From: Octopus sinensis
Lineage: Eukaryota
Reading direction: 5' to 3'
DNA: 64,000 bases
Assembly (NCBI RefSeq): GCF_006345805.1
Contig: NC_043003.1
Coordinates: 53,878,001-53,942,000, forward strand
Of this stretch, positions 50,693 to 62,035 are shown one piece after another (the first letter of the stretch is position 1; each line of letters opens with the position of its first letter). The translations under genes and the position numbers were made by a program. The notes beneath the pieces are model-generated. The model was not told the DNA's origin. It was given only the letters and a program-made list of their open reading frames with translations, and ran no database searches.

Positions 50693-51258
50693 TCAGCTAT
50701 CAACAGACTGCGTAGGAGAACAATATACCCCCACTATTGTTGAAATAAATTATAGATAAAAAAAAGAGAGGCTGTTGTTAACATGATACCGGCAACTTAA
50801 TAGACGTTTTATGTTAAAACTACACCACTTTAACGATACAGAGACCATGTCTACTGATGCGTGTGTAAGTAATTATCCCGCCAACAGGAAAAAATTATAT
50901 ATGTATTAACGAATACTTAAAGACTTGTCCTGTGCGTGCGTGTATGCGTACGTACATGTATGTGTGTGTGTGTGTATGTGTGTGTGTGTATGTGTGTGTG
51001 TGTGTATGTGTATGACCACACACATAATGAACTTATAGTAGTTCATACAGTATCAGTATCCTTCTATTATAAGAGGGAAAATATACATTTGACTGGAAAC
51101 ATTAAATAAATAAATCTTCAGCTTATTTCCAGCAACCAGTGTGCGCCCCCAACCATCCACACATACATACATGCACTCACACACACGCGCGCGCACACAA
51201 ACACAGCAACACACACACTAATATATACTTACAACACAGACGCTGTCATATATGTCTG

Positions 51259-51292
<34 letters not shown>

Positions 51293-51306
51293 ATCTATCT
51301 ATACAG

Positions 51307-51353
<47 letters not shown>

Positions 51354-51366
51354 TATATATATATGC

Positions 51367-51406
<40 letters not shown>

Positions 51407-52133
51407 TATATATGTATATGTGTTTGTATACACACACACATATATAGAGATAGATATAGGTTATGTATACACATATACATGTAATAACATGATAATATAC
51501 TGAGATCTGCAGACATCTTGGTGCTTTAGGCTGGCGTTTTGTGTGAACTTTGGTGAACCTCTTCCACTCTCGAAGACTATGAGACTATATATCAGTTCAC
51601 GCTCCGATTTAATCGTATTAGAATTATGGACTTAGTGCGTGTGTATACAAGCACTTTCGCGTGGCTAAAGGGATAGGGTGGAGGACAGTAAATAGACGGA
51701 TAGGCGATTCTTATCCATCAGCATTGCAAAGTGTACAATAAAATGAAACTGAATACAATATTTTAGTGTTCTTGTTTTTTTTTTTTTTAGCCCAAGGCCA
51801 ACTTTCATTGAGCTATTATATGGTGAAAGTCGTCCGAGGCATGGATGGCCTTCATGTCTATGTCTGTCTATATAGGCTTCCACCATCCAATGGGCCATTG
51901 GTTTTTTTTTTTAAACTGTAGGGTTATGTTCTGAGGGAATTTGGTCCCTGTTTTTAGCAAATTCGGCGATATTGTAGATGCTTCCTGTAGGCTCGTAGAC
52001 TATTGGAATTAAAAGTAGAGTAAAGTAATTGGTAAGATATTAGATTCGAACACATTAGTCGTGGTATTAACTTTAATGTAGGTGTTTCAATTTTCTTTCT
52101 TTTCGTTTCTTAGAAGAGTCCTTTATTCTAAAT

Positions 52134-52512
52134 TCCATCCATCCATCCATCCATACACCCATACATCCATCCATCCATCCATCTATCCATCCATCCATCC
52201 ATACACCCATCCCTTCCTCTCTCCTTCTCTCCATCCATCCATTCATTCATTCATTCATCCATCTATCCATCCCTTCGTCTCTCCGTCTCACCATCCATCC
52301 ATCCATCCATCCACCCATCTCCCCCCTCTCTCTCTCTCCATCCATCCATTCATCCATCCATTTATCCATCCATCAATCCATCCACCCACCCCTTCCTCCA
52401 TCCATCCATCCATCCATCCATCCATCCATCCATCCATCCATCCATCCATCCAGCCAGCCAGCCAGCCAGCCAGTCAGCCAGCCAGCCAGCTAGCAAGCCA
52501 ACTAGCAGGCCA
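52134..52512. repeat. (CCAT)n/(CCAG)n microsatellite
   Basis: direct reading. Confidence 0.95.
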
Positions 52513-52617
52513 GTCGTGAATATCTGTTACACATCATAAATCCAGATTTTTGCACCAGTCCTTAAAATCTCGACCGTCCGTTCGTGAATAAGTCTCAGGC
52601 ATATATGTGAATACCGT

Positions 52618-52915
52618 GGTGAGCAGACAGAATCGTTGGCACATTGGACAAACTGTTTAAGGATATTTCTTCCGGCTCCTTACGGCTTGAGTTCGAATCC
52701 CGCTGAGACCAACTTTTCTTTTCATTCTTCCAGGGTCGATAAAACAAAGTAAAAAGTCAAGTTATGGGGTCGATATGGTTGACTTGTTCACTTCCCTCAA
52801 AAATTGCTAGGCTTGAACCCTGCAACGGACCGGCACCCCGTTTAGGGGGAATATTGTGATCTCGGTTACATATACGCCATGCAAGCCAGGTAACTAGCTT
52901 CATAGGTCCTAGGGC
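52618..52915 (+). mobile_element. Family D SINE followed by a family C-like tail
   Basis: GAGTTCGAATCCCGCTGAG..CAGGGTCGATAAA, then CCTGCAACGGACCGGCACCCCG..CATATACGCCATG. Confidence 0.65.
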
Positions 52916-53279
52916 TTATATAAATATATAACAATATATCTGTAAATGACAAATGCAATAGACTGACATCCTATTCAATGGAATAAATGTTTCTCATCAG
53001 TTTCTCATGATGTATCTGGATTTAATTGATATTTAGAATATTAGTGAACGACAGGTAAACATAGAGAGTAGTTTGTTTTGCATGGATGCAGTTCTGCAGA
53101 GGAAAGATTGCTTCGTGCAATTCCTTCCCTACGAAATTGTAGTTCTAGCGAATGAAATGTATCTACGTTGTTTTACTAGTTAATACTTCACCAATACTTG
53201 AGGGTTATAAGGCAAAGTCAGTTTCAAAGATACGAGAAGATAGTACCGAGCTGCTATTACTCAATTTGAACGATACCCT

Positions 53280-53803
53280 ACCCACAAACCGCAACTCTAC
53301 CGACTCAACCGAACCCACACCCCACCCGTGCTTTCCCCACTCTCGCATCCCCCACCTCCCAACAACATCACACTACACCATACAACATTACACATCACAT
53401 CACAACACACCACCCACACACCCATCCCCACATTTTCACACCTACACATACATACACGCACACGTGCAGACCACCAGCCCTCTTTCACACGCACGTACAT
53501 ACTCTCTTATACACACATGCACCTTCGTGTTGGGGGTCATCTTCACTTTGTTATCTCCCCTACTTCTTCCCTCTCGCGTGTGACCCTTCTGTCCGAAGTC
53601 AGTCGCCATGATAGATCGTTAGCCACTACACACATTTTATTCTCTCCTTGTTTCTCTCCTTGATTTTTCTGTGTCCCTTTCTGTAGAAGAGCGTAGGCTC
53701 GAAACGTAAAAGACTTTTTCTATTCCTGAGCGTTATACTAATACATCTGTTTGTTTTGTACCACCACCTGTCTTCGTCTTTTCTTTTTTTCGTAAACTCT
53801 CCC
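53280..53803 (+). mobile_element. 3' UTR fragment of a related Penelope-like element
   Basis: homologous to 49690-49990; ends AAACTCTCCC-(TA)n. Confidence 0.8.
53677..53712 (+). ncRNA. Minimal type I hammerhead motif, A6U core variant
   Basis: CTTT-CTGTAGA-A-GAGC(GTAG)GCTC-GAAA-CG-TA-AAAG. Confidence 0.75.
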
Positions 53804-54431
53804 TATATATATATATAACTGCCTTTCTGTCTGTCTATCTATATTAATCTTTGTTTTTATGTTCAGTTATAATAAAAACAATTTTACATTGATCTGATGG
53901 TTTGCTCTATGCTGTTTTGGAGTAGAAATTTATTATTCTCACACTACATTCTTGTATAAGAATATAATAGATATATCTATCTACCCATCCATCTATAAAG
54001 TCAAACGCTGAGTATTTCTGCTCCTAACTTAAACCTCAGAATTTTGTACTCCTAACTTAATCTTCAGATTGAATCACTGCAACGCAAAAATGATCCATTG
54101 AATTAAATAGTACAGAGCACATGTTATACTTCCACGCAGCTTCTGCCGATCTAACTCAGTATTGACAAAACTTAGTGAATCAGTGGGCTTGCTTCCTAGG
54201 CGGCGTGAATTTGAAGCAGACTTATTGAATATTCGTCCATACCTCCCTGCTATTGATGATATGAAATAGTAAACTCATAACATGGTGGGGCCATCACTGT
54301 CGAGACCTCGGTGATCTACGGGCATCTGGAATAGTGGACCTACATTCAACCTAAAGTTGAAGCTGTTTCACAGCATCTGCGTCCTTGATACATTTGGGAA
54401 AGGTATGAGTGCCTCCCAACTTCATTACTTC

Positions 54432-54490
<59 letters not shown>

Positions 54491-54501
54491 TATATATATA
54501 G

Positions 54502-54537
<36 letters not shown>

Positions 54538-55909
54538 TGTATGTATGTATGTATGTATGTATATGAAATGAAAAATAAATGGCAGTTAAGTGTGTTATGG
54601 TGTTATGACAGTCACGCCTGTTAATTTTGCAGCAGTAGGGTGTATGAGGAAACAATAGAAAGTTTATATGTACATATATACATGCACTCACATACACACA
54701 CACAGATATATACACACACATATACATATATGAATACAATATATGAACATATAGATATATAGAAATGAAGAGAGAGAGAGGGAAGAAAGGAAAGGAGAGA
54801 AAGTGAGAGAGAGGAAGTGTGTGTGTGTGAGAGAGAGAGAGAGAGCGAGAGGAGGAGAGAAAGGCACCACAGCCGCCCTAAATATATGTGTATATGAAAC
54901 CAAAACTGCATTAGAAGTCAGCCGATCAGAACAATGTCACCAGTGAGGCGCGCAGTTTTAATCTACGACTTTGCCAAAATATCTTCTGAAATGTTAAACG
55001 ATATGATTAAACGATTACATTGAACAAAGTTTCCGAATATCAAATACTGCTATCATCTAACCGTATATCAGATGAAGATTCGCGCTTGCAAAAGTTGGCA
55101 AAGGAATTGATATTGGAAGTTTTCCCATTATTATTATCTTGAAAATATTAATCATTGTTTATAAAGGCATTATGCTATTTGTATCGCTTTTTTTGTATAA
55201 TTTACCTAAGGCTACACAAAGCAAATCAGAAAAAAAAAATCTTTTGCTTTATCAATAAAACCTCAAGACAAATTAGATTGTTATCGAAAATATTCAATTC
55301 CATTATTCAAAGTCGCTGCCAAGAAATTTAATTGAAAACAATAAAATTAATTCCAATTTCTAGACTCTAAACAAACAAGCACCGAACTAATTTAATTTCA
55401 ATGGCAAAATCGTGACATTGGCGGGAAATACGACATATGACGTTTTGTCATTTTCAAAATTTGTTTCCTTTTATTTCATAAATAACTGAGTATAGAAACA
55501 TTTGTCTGAGTTTTTAATGTCACAAATGTTTGCCTTAATACTTTGAGAAATTTCCTTTATATTCTGAAGCCTTTTTATTTATTTGTTACAATCAGAGCTT
55601 TTGTTTTGTTTTCATCGTTGGATTTAATCTTCTATTTATTCATCTCAAGGCTTAATATTTTTGACGATGTTTTAGTGTATTTTTGTATTGTAAAACTACT
55701 AGCATGGAAATTACCTGAGGTTTGTGGGAGGGAACTGCCATAGTCCAAAACAGAGAATTCAGTTCCGTACTCCTACAAATATCTTTTGTTCAGTCAGAAA
55801 TCTCTGTGTTTAAATTAAAGTAAAATAAAGGATTTTCTTTATGAATCGAGAAGGAATAATTACAATTCCTGACTTTAAAAGTGAGAGAATTTCTTCAAAC
55901 AGTGTATGT

Positions 55910-55977
<68 letters not shown>

Positions 55978-55996
55978 GCACACTCACACTCACACT

Positions 55997-56043
<47 letters not shown>

Positions 56044-56199
56044 TCACACACACGCACAAACACGCACACATACGTAAACGTCGAACAACGAGAATGAGTG
56101 CTCAACACCGCATTGGTGGAGAAAGTTTATTTGTGTATTAAGGCTACCATTAGTTTCAGGTTCAGAAAAATATATTAATTTTTCAAGCTGATCACATGG

Positions 56200-56790
56200 A
56201 GAAATAGTGTTCGTCTCCATTTTGAATGAAAATACAAAATGTCTGGTGAAATGTTTCGGAAGTTCACAAAAACCGTCTTAAAGGGAACAATAAATCAAGG
56301 GGCACTACTCTTGGATAACACCTTTTAAGTGATTATTTCTCTTGGGTTTGACGTTTGGGAAAAAAAGCCGAGTTGAACTGTGAATTTGTTTGCATTATAT
56401 TATATTCTGGGTATATATGATGTTCGATTGTTTGAGGAAGTTTATCGGGTTGGAGGGCATGTTGTTTCAATGTATGGAGTTCACGTGTTCTAAATATTCA
56501 GTGTTCACATTCAGGGTAAGAAACTATCCTTGTGGGGTTGGTGGCGCGGGTGGTGAGCCCCTCTTGAAATGTCGGAGTGTGAAATATTTGTGTATGCAGA
56601 GAGAGAAGGTTTCATCCCTAATATTTAGAATTTTATCTGTTGACTGTCTGATATTTAGCTTTCCAGTGATACAGAGCTCGCATTTTGGTGCCCTGTCATC
56701 TGTTATTTCTGGCTTTAGCAATGATGCTCCATGTTATGTGGTGGTTGTTTACGCTTCCTTCTTTCATTGTCCATATCATATAGGATAGGG
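56200..56790 (-). pseudogene. Naiad/Chlamys-type PLE endonuclease C-terminal relic with decayed HHR
   Basis: IWTMKEGSVNNHHITWSIIAKAR / KCELCITGKLNI..ILNIRDETFSLCIHK fits IW.LK..I.W.I..KA..C.LC..EK..LN.R.E....C.H; downstream CTTTAAGA.GG..CC-GAAAC at 56250-56283. Confidence 0.7.
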
Positions 56791-56872
56791 ATGTTGCATG
56801 TCTTTTATTTTATCCCTGTATGACGCCATATACGCGAGCATATATATACCTGCGGGCGTAAGGTAATTTTTA

Positions 56873-56935
56873 ATGGCGGTGCCCCAGCATGGCCACAGCT
56901 CAAGAGCTGAAACTGGAAAACATAAAACATAAAAC

Positions 56936-56940
<5 letters not shown>
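56873..56940 (+). mobile_element. Solo LINE/SINE 3' tail with (AAAACAT)n
   Basis: GGCGGTGCCCCAGCATGGCCACAGCTCAAGAGCTGAAAC. Confidence 0.65.
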
Positions 56941-56978
<38 letters not shown>

Positions 56979-58249
56979 CATATACTCACACACAAAAATA
57001 TATCTATACGCATACATATATATACATACATACATATACTCACACACAAAAATATATCTATACGCATACATATATATACATGCATACACACACACATATA
57101 TATATATACACATACACATGGACTATTCTATCTTATCTTATATATACCAAGATACATATATAGGTATGTGATTTTAAATATGTGCTCACTTGATGCTCAC
57201 AAAGTGAAGAAAATTCAACTGAGCCCTCACCTTCTCAGACATCGAGTCTTTAACAGCAGTATACTAGTCATTATTAGTTAGCACTTCCTTTATACGGTTT
57301 AGCAAACATGACTCACTATACAGCAGCTCATGACTTCCTGAAAACACTTTGAATTAAGGCAAATAGTTTCAAACTAAGAACCGATACTGGTCAGCTTAGC
57401 AAGCGACACGGTTTCATTATAATGTTTCAGGAAACATTACATCTCTGTTAAAACCGCTGAGTCTTTTTCAAAACGCCTTTGGACTTGATGTGATTGTACT
57501 TTTCTTTTGTAAAATAATAAATAGAATGAGACGCAAAGCTGGTTGAAATGGCAAAGCGACTGCTGTATTTACTAACGACCTTTTTGTTTTCTTAGTTTTC
57601 TTATTTGAGATTGTGTCTCTTTATTCTCTTCGTTGATTCTTATCTTCCATCCTTACGCAGCTCTCAAAATAATAGCAAGGAACATACATCTTCCTTTATA
57701 AAGTTGTGGTCTTCGTTCATTGTTTAGAAACTATCGTCATCACTATGTTGTTGTTGTTATTGGTTAGCATCAGATCATCTTTGCTAGAGAAGAACTATGA
57801 TCAAAGGCAGTCCAGTCGTGACTATTCTGTCTTATTGGACATCAAGGATGACACTGCTGAATGCATTATTTCTCATTATTTTGTAAGGCTGAAGGGCGGG
57901 ATTTGAGGGATATTTGGTTGTTATGTTCGCAGCCTCGATTGAACAGATATATGATCAAAGGAGAAATCTGTGGACAACTGCTTCGAAAGTCGCTACTCCT
58001 CTACCCTGATTATAAATTTACATTCATATCAATAATCGTTGGTGCATTCAGGTACATTAGTAAATGCCTAAGCCACAATCTGGAGCGGATACGACTTTCA
58101 AGTAAAGAAAGAGCTCGGCCAACACAAATTTTACAAAAATATGCTAGATATTTGCGGTGATATGTAACAATTATCGTTGGTGCTATCTAAACTTCAATGA
58201 TGGAACTTTTATGTCTTTGGTACCAATTAACACTCTTTATTTGGAAATG

Positions 58250-58410
58250 CTAATAAATAAAAACACGTCCATAAAGTCAAAGACAACTATTACATAACAC
58301 AGAAATAACAAAGTAAATCGAATACGGCATAAGCTTAAAGTGACTACGTCAACGTTTCGGAGATTAGCCAGTCTTCAAAAAGAAGACCTAACATTAATTT
58401 TCTCCGATTG
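58250..58410 (-). mobile_element. PLE-terminus-like fragment retaining the 3' half of an HHR
   Basis: minus strand GGAGA..(hairpin GTCTTC/GAAGAC)..TCTCC-GAAACGTT-GACG; no CTGANGA upstream. Confidence 0.45.
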
Positions 58411-58444
58411 ATTTATAAATTAAGGGTATGTATGCATGAACATA

Positions 58445-58597
58445 TACGACGGGCCGTCATCACATTTCATACAAATGATAATGGTCAGGCCGAGACTAAT
58501 TTAGAAAACAGTGGTTCAAAGAATCGCACAGTAAAACCGAACTTGGAAATACATGGTTCTAGAATGAAATTCTCAACCACGTAACAATGCCTGCGTT
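58445..58597 (-). mobile_element. Old SINE family A head
   Basis: TACGACGGGC..ACATGGTT..CAACCAC..GCCTGCG. Confidence 0.55.
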
Positions 58598-59249
58598 CAA
58601 TACAATTTAAACTTTAAACCTGTTCATGGGAACAACAAAACAAGATGATCACAACTGCAGGGTATTTAATCATAGATTGCTCAGTCAGAGTTTGACCTGT
58701 ATTTAAACAAAACCTGCAATAACAAAAGAACAATAACAGCAAACACAACAAAAAATTGTGCCCTTGTGCCAATGCTAGAAAACTATTATTAGTTTATGTA
58801 TTTGCTCTGTATATATATTTATTCACACGCATACGCTCACACATGAACGTGTGTGCATGTGTATGCACGTTTGTGTTTGTGCGTGTGTATGTGCGTCTGT
58901 GCGTCTGTGTGTGTATGTCTGTGTGTGCTTGGACGGCATAATTGACATTGTGTTTGCTGGAATTGATTTAAAGTTAAGCCATAAAATCTTGATTCTATTT
59001 TAACAAGCAATAAATAAACACAACGGGAATTAATTTAGAAATATCGATAAAATATTTAATTGAACGGTTTCTAATATGAGATTAATGATTTCATTATTAA
59101 GACAAAAAGCAAAGCAAAATGAAAAAACAAAACAAAAACCAACAAATATCATAAAAACTCCAAAATGAACGGTTATGATACATGGCAACATTTTCGTTTT
59201 GTTTATCCGCTGTCAAAGGTGATAATCTATCTGTCTGTCTGCCTGACTG

Positions 59250-59325
<76 letters not shown>

Positions 59326-59476
59326 CCTATTTATCTGCCTGTCTGTCTGTATGCATGAGTGTATACATCTGAATAATTATATATACATATACAAATACAT
59401 GCATATATATGTATATATATATGCATTTACATGTATATATGTGTATATCTTTCAATGGGAGAATGTAAATATATAT

Positions 59477-59509
<33 letters not shown>

Positions 59510-60019
59510 CTGTAAGTAAATTCCTCTATGTACATAGTATCGAGATATTCTTCTTTTGTTGTCTTACCGTTTTTATCAATATATATATATATATACATAT
59601 ATATGTATACATACACATATAATTACATAATGCATATATATGTGTGTGTGTGTGTATACTTTACATAATTACGTTTATATATACACGTATAAACATACTC
59701 ATATACAGAAACATATAGACGTGAACATATATCGCAACACACACTCACACACATATGCGGTGAGTGAGTTTACATGAGTTCGCGCGCGCGTATGTGCATA
59801 TGTAGATCTTCATACACACTCGTACAACTATATGAATTCATGTACCAATAACCCGTTGCACATTCGAACGTAGATATACGCACACGAAAATATGATAATC
59901 TATACAAATGGTGTAAGAAGACGATTACATAATGAATTACTCAATACAAAAAGTGAAACTCTTTTTCAGTTGAATACAGGCTTTACGTATATATACGTAT
60001 ATATATATATATATATATA

Positions 60020-60062
<43 letters not shown>

Positions 60063-60081
60063 TCATATATATATATGTACG

Positions 60082-60140
<59 letters not shown>

Positions 60141-60143
<3 letters not shown>

Positions 60144-60201
60144 CGTAGGAGTGGCTGTGTGGTAAGTAGCTTGCTTACCGACTGCACAGTTCCGGGTTCA
60201 G
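60141..60201 (+). mobile_element. SINE family A head fragment
   Basis: AGGCGTAGGAGTGGCTGTGTGGTAAGTAGCTTGCTTACC..CCGGGTTCAG. Confidence 0.85.
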
Positions 60202-60365
60202 GTATTTGAAGTTGGTAGAAACTCTCTTGAGAATGCTATTACGAAAAATATATGACGCCATATTGTATTTAAACAACATTCTGATACTAACAAAAGACAG
60301 CGTACTTACGTAAATATTTTAATATTCTAATATTACGTCGTATATATATATATATATTATATATA

Positions 60366-60410
<45 letters not shown>

Positions 60411-60415
<5 letters not shown>

Positions 60416-60811
60416 GAGGGTAAAATTAATTAATTATTAATCAATTTCACCAAGTATTCAGTATGTAAGGGGACCATTTAAGGCGAATTCAAATTATTAC
60501 ATTATATAAAAGGGCTTAGTAAAATAAATTACTTTGCCACATACTGAACTCATTAGAAATAGTAGCTAAAGGAGTTCTGAGCTGATGATAGAAATGTCGA
60601 GTTGACTAATCTTGAAACGTACGTTCTCAAATAACCTTTGCATTTGATTTTTTAATGTCTTTACCCCCATACTTTCGTGAGTTGAATTGAGCAAACACTA
60701 TATGAGAGAGATTTTCTTTAAGTATTAGAAATAGTTTTAAAAAAGTTTTTTTAGCTACTATTTCTAATGAGTTCAGTATGTGGCAAAGTAATTTATTTTA
60801 CTAAGCCCTTT

Positions 60812-60819
<8 letters not shown>
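60411..60819 (+). mobile_element. Second locus of the 560-bp retrozyme-like family (inverted piece 60411-60570 plus forward piece 60571-60819)
   Basis: highly similar to 26311-27594; same 3' end CCCTTTTATATAAT-(TA)n. Confidence 0.9.
60578..60629 (+). ncRNA. Type I hammerhead ribozyme motif
   Basis: TGAG-CTGATGA..GAAA-CGTACG-TT-CTCA; loop II is 1 nt shorter than in the 26793 copy. Confidence 0.85.
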
Positions 60820-60844
<25 letters not shown>

Positions 60845-61018
60845 CGTATATTTTATATATATATATAGATATATATATATATATATATATATCGTATATA
60901 TATATATTATATATATATATGTAATATATATATATATATATGTATATATACGTATATATATATATATATATATATATACGTATATATATATATACATACG
61001 TATATATATAAATGTATG

Positions 61019-61049
<31 letters not shown>

Positions 61050-61227
61050 CGTATATATACGTAATATATAATATATATACATACGTATATATATAATGTA
61101 TGTACGTATTTATATATATATACGTATATATATATATATACGTATATATATATACAATATATATGTACGTATTATATATATATACATATATATATGTATG
61201 TATATATATATACATATATATGTATGC

Positions 61228-61260
<33 letters not shown>

Positions 61261-61464
61261 CATATATATGTATGTATATATATATGTATATATATTGTAT
61301 GTATATATATATATATGTATGTATATATATATATAATATGTATATATATATGTATGTATATATATATATATGTATGTATATATATATATATATTTATATA
61401 TGTATATATATATATATGTATGTATATATATATATATATTATATATATATATATTATATGTATG

Positions 61465-61499
<35 letters not shown>

Positions 61500-61552
61500 T
61501 ATATGTATGTATATATATATATATATATATGTATGTATATATATATATATAG

Positions 61553-61615
<63 letters not shown>

Positions 61616-61624
61616 ATATATATA

Positions 61625-61655
<31 letters not shown>
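60820..61655. repeat. Long interrupted (TA)n tract
   Basis: direct reading. Confidence 0.95.
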
Positions 61656-61656
<1 letters not shown>

Positions 61657-61870
61657 TTATATGTTTGTGTGTTTGTTTGGCCCCCCAACATCGCTTGATA
61701 ACCGATGCTAGTGTGTTTACGACCCCGTAACCAGCGGTTCGGCGAAAGAGACCGATAGAACAAGTACTAGGCTTACAAAGAAAAAGTCCTGGGGTCGATT
61801 TGCTCGACTAAAAGGCGGTGCTCCAGCATGGCCACAGTCAAATGACTGAAACAAGTAAAAGAGTAAAAGT
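61655..61870 (+). mobile_element. SINE family A, 3' half
   Basis: GGCGGTGCTCCAGCATGGCCACAGTCAAATGACTGAAACAAGTAAAAGAGTAAAA. Confidence 0.88.
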
Positions 61871-61889
61871 GAGTAATGAGATATATAAG

Positions 61890-62035
61890 ACGGTGAGCTG
61901 GCAGAATCGTTAACACTCCAGCAAAATGCTTAGCGGCATTTTGTCCATCTTTTCGCTCTGAGTTCAAATTCCACTGGGGTCGATGTAATCGACTTACCCC
62001 CGAGTTTGCTGACCTTGTGACAAAATTTGAAACCA
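61890..62035 (+). mobile_element. Family D SINE, internally deleted
   Basis: ACGGTGAGCTGGCAGAATCG..CTGAGTTCAAATTCC/ACTGGGGTCGATGTAATCGACTTA. Confidence 0.8.

Noticed and set aside
712-61763. The many YI, HT, VC, MYVC, poly-S, poly-H and poly-L ORFs in the track
   Set aside because: Translations of (TA)n, (CA)n, (TATG)n, (TATC)n and trinucleotide repeats
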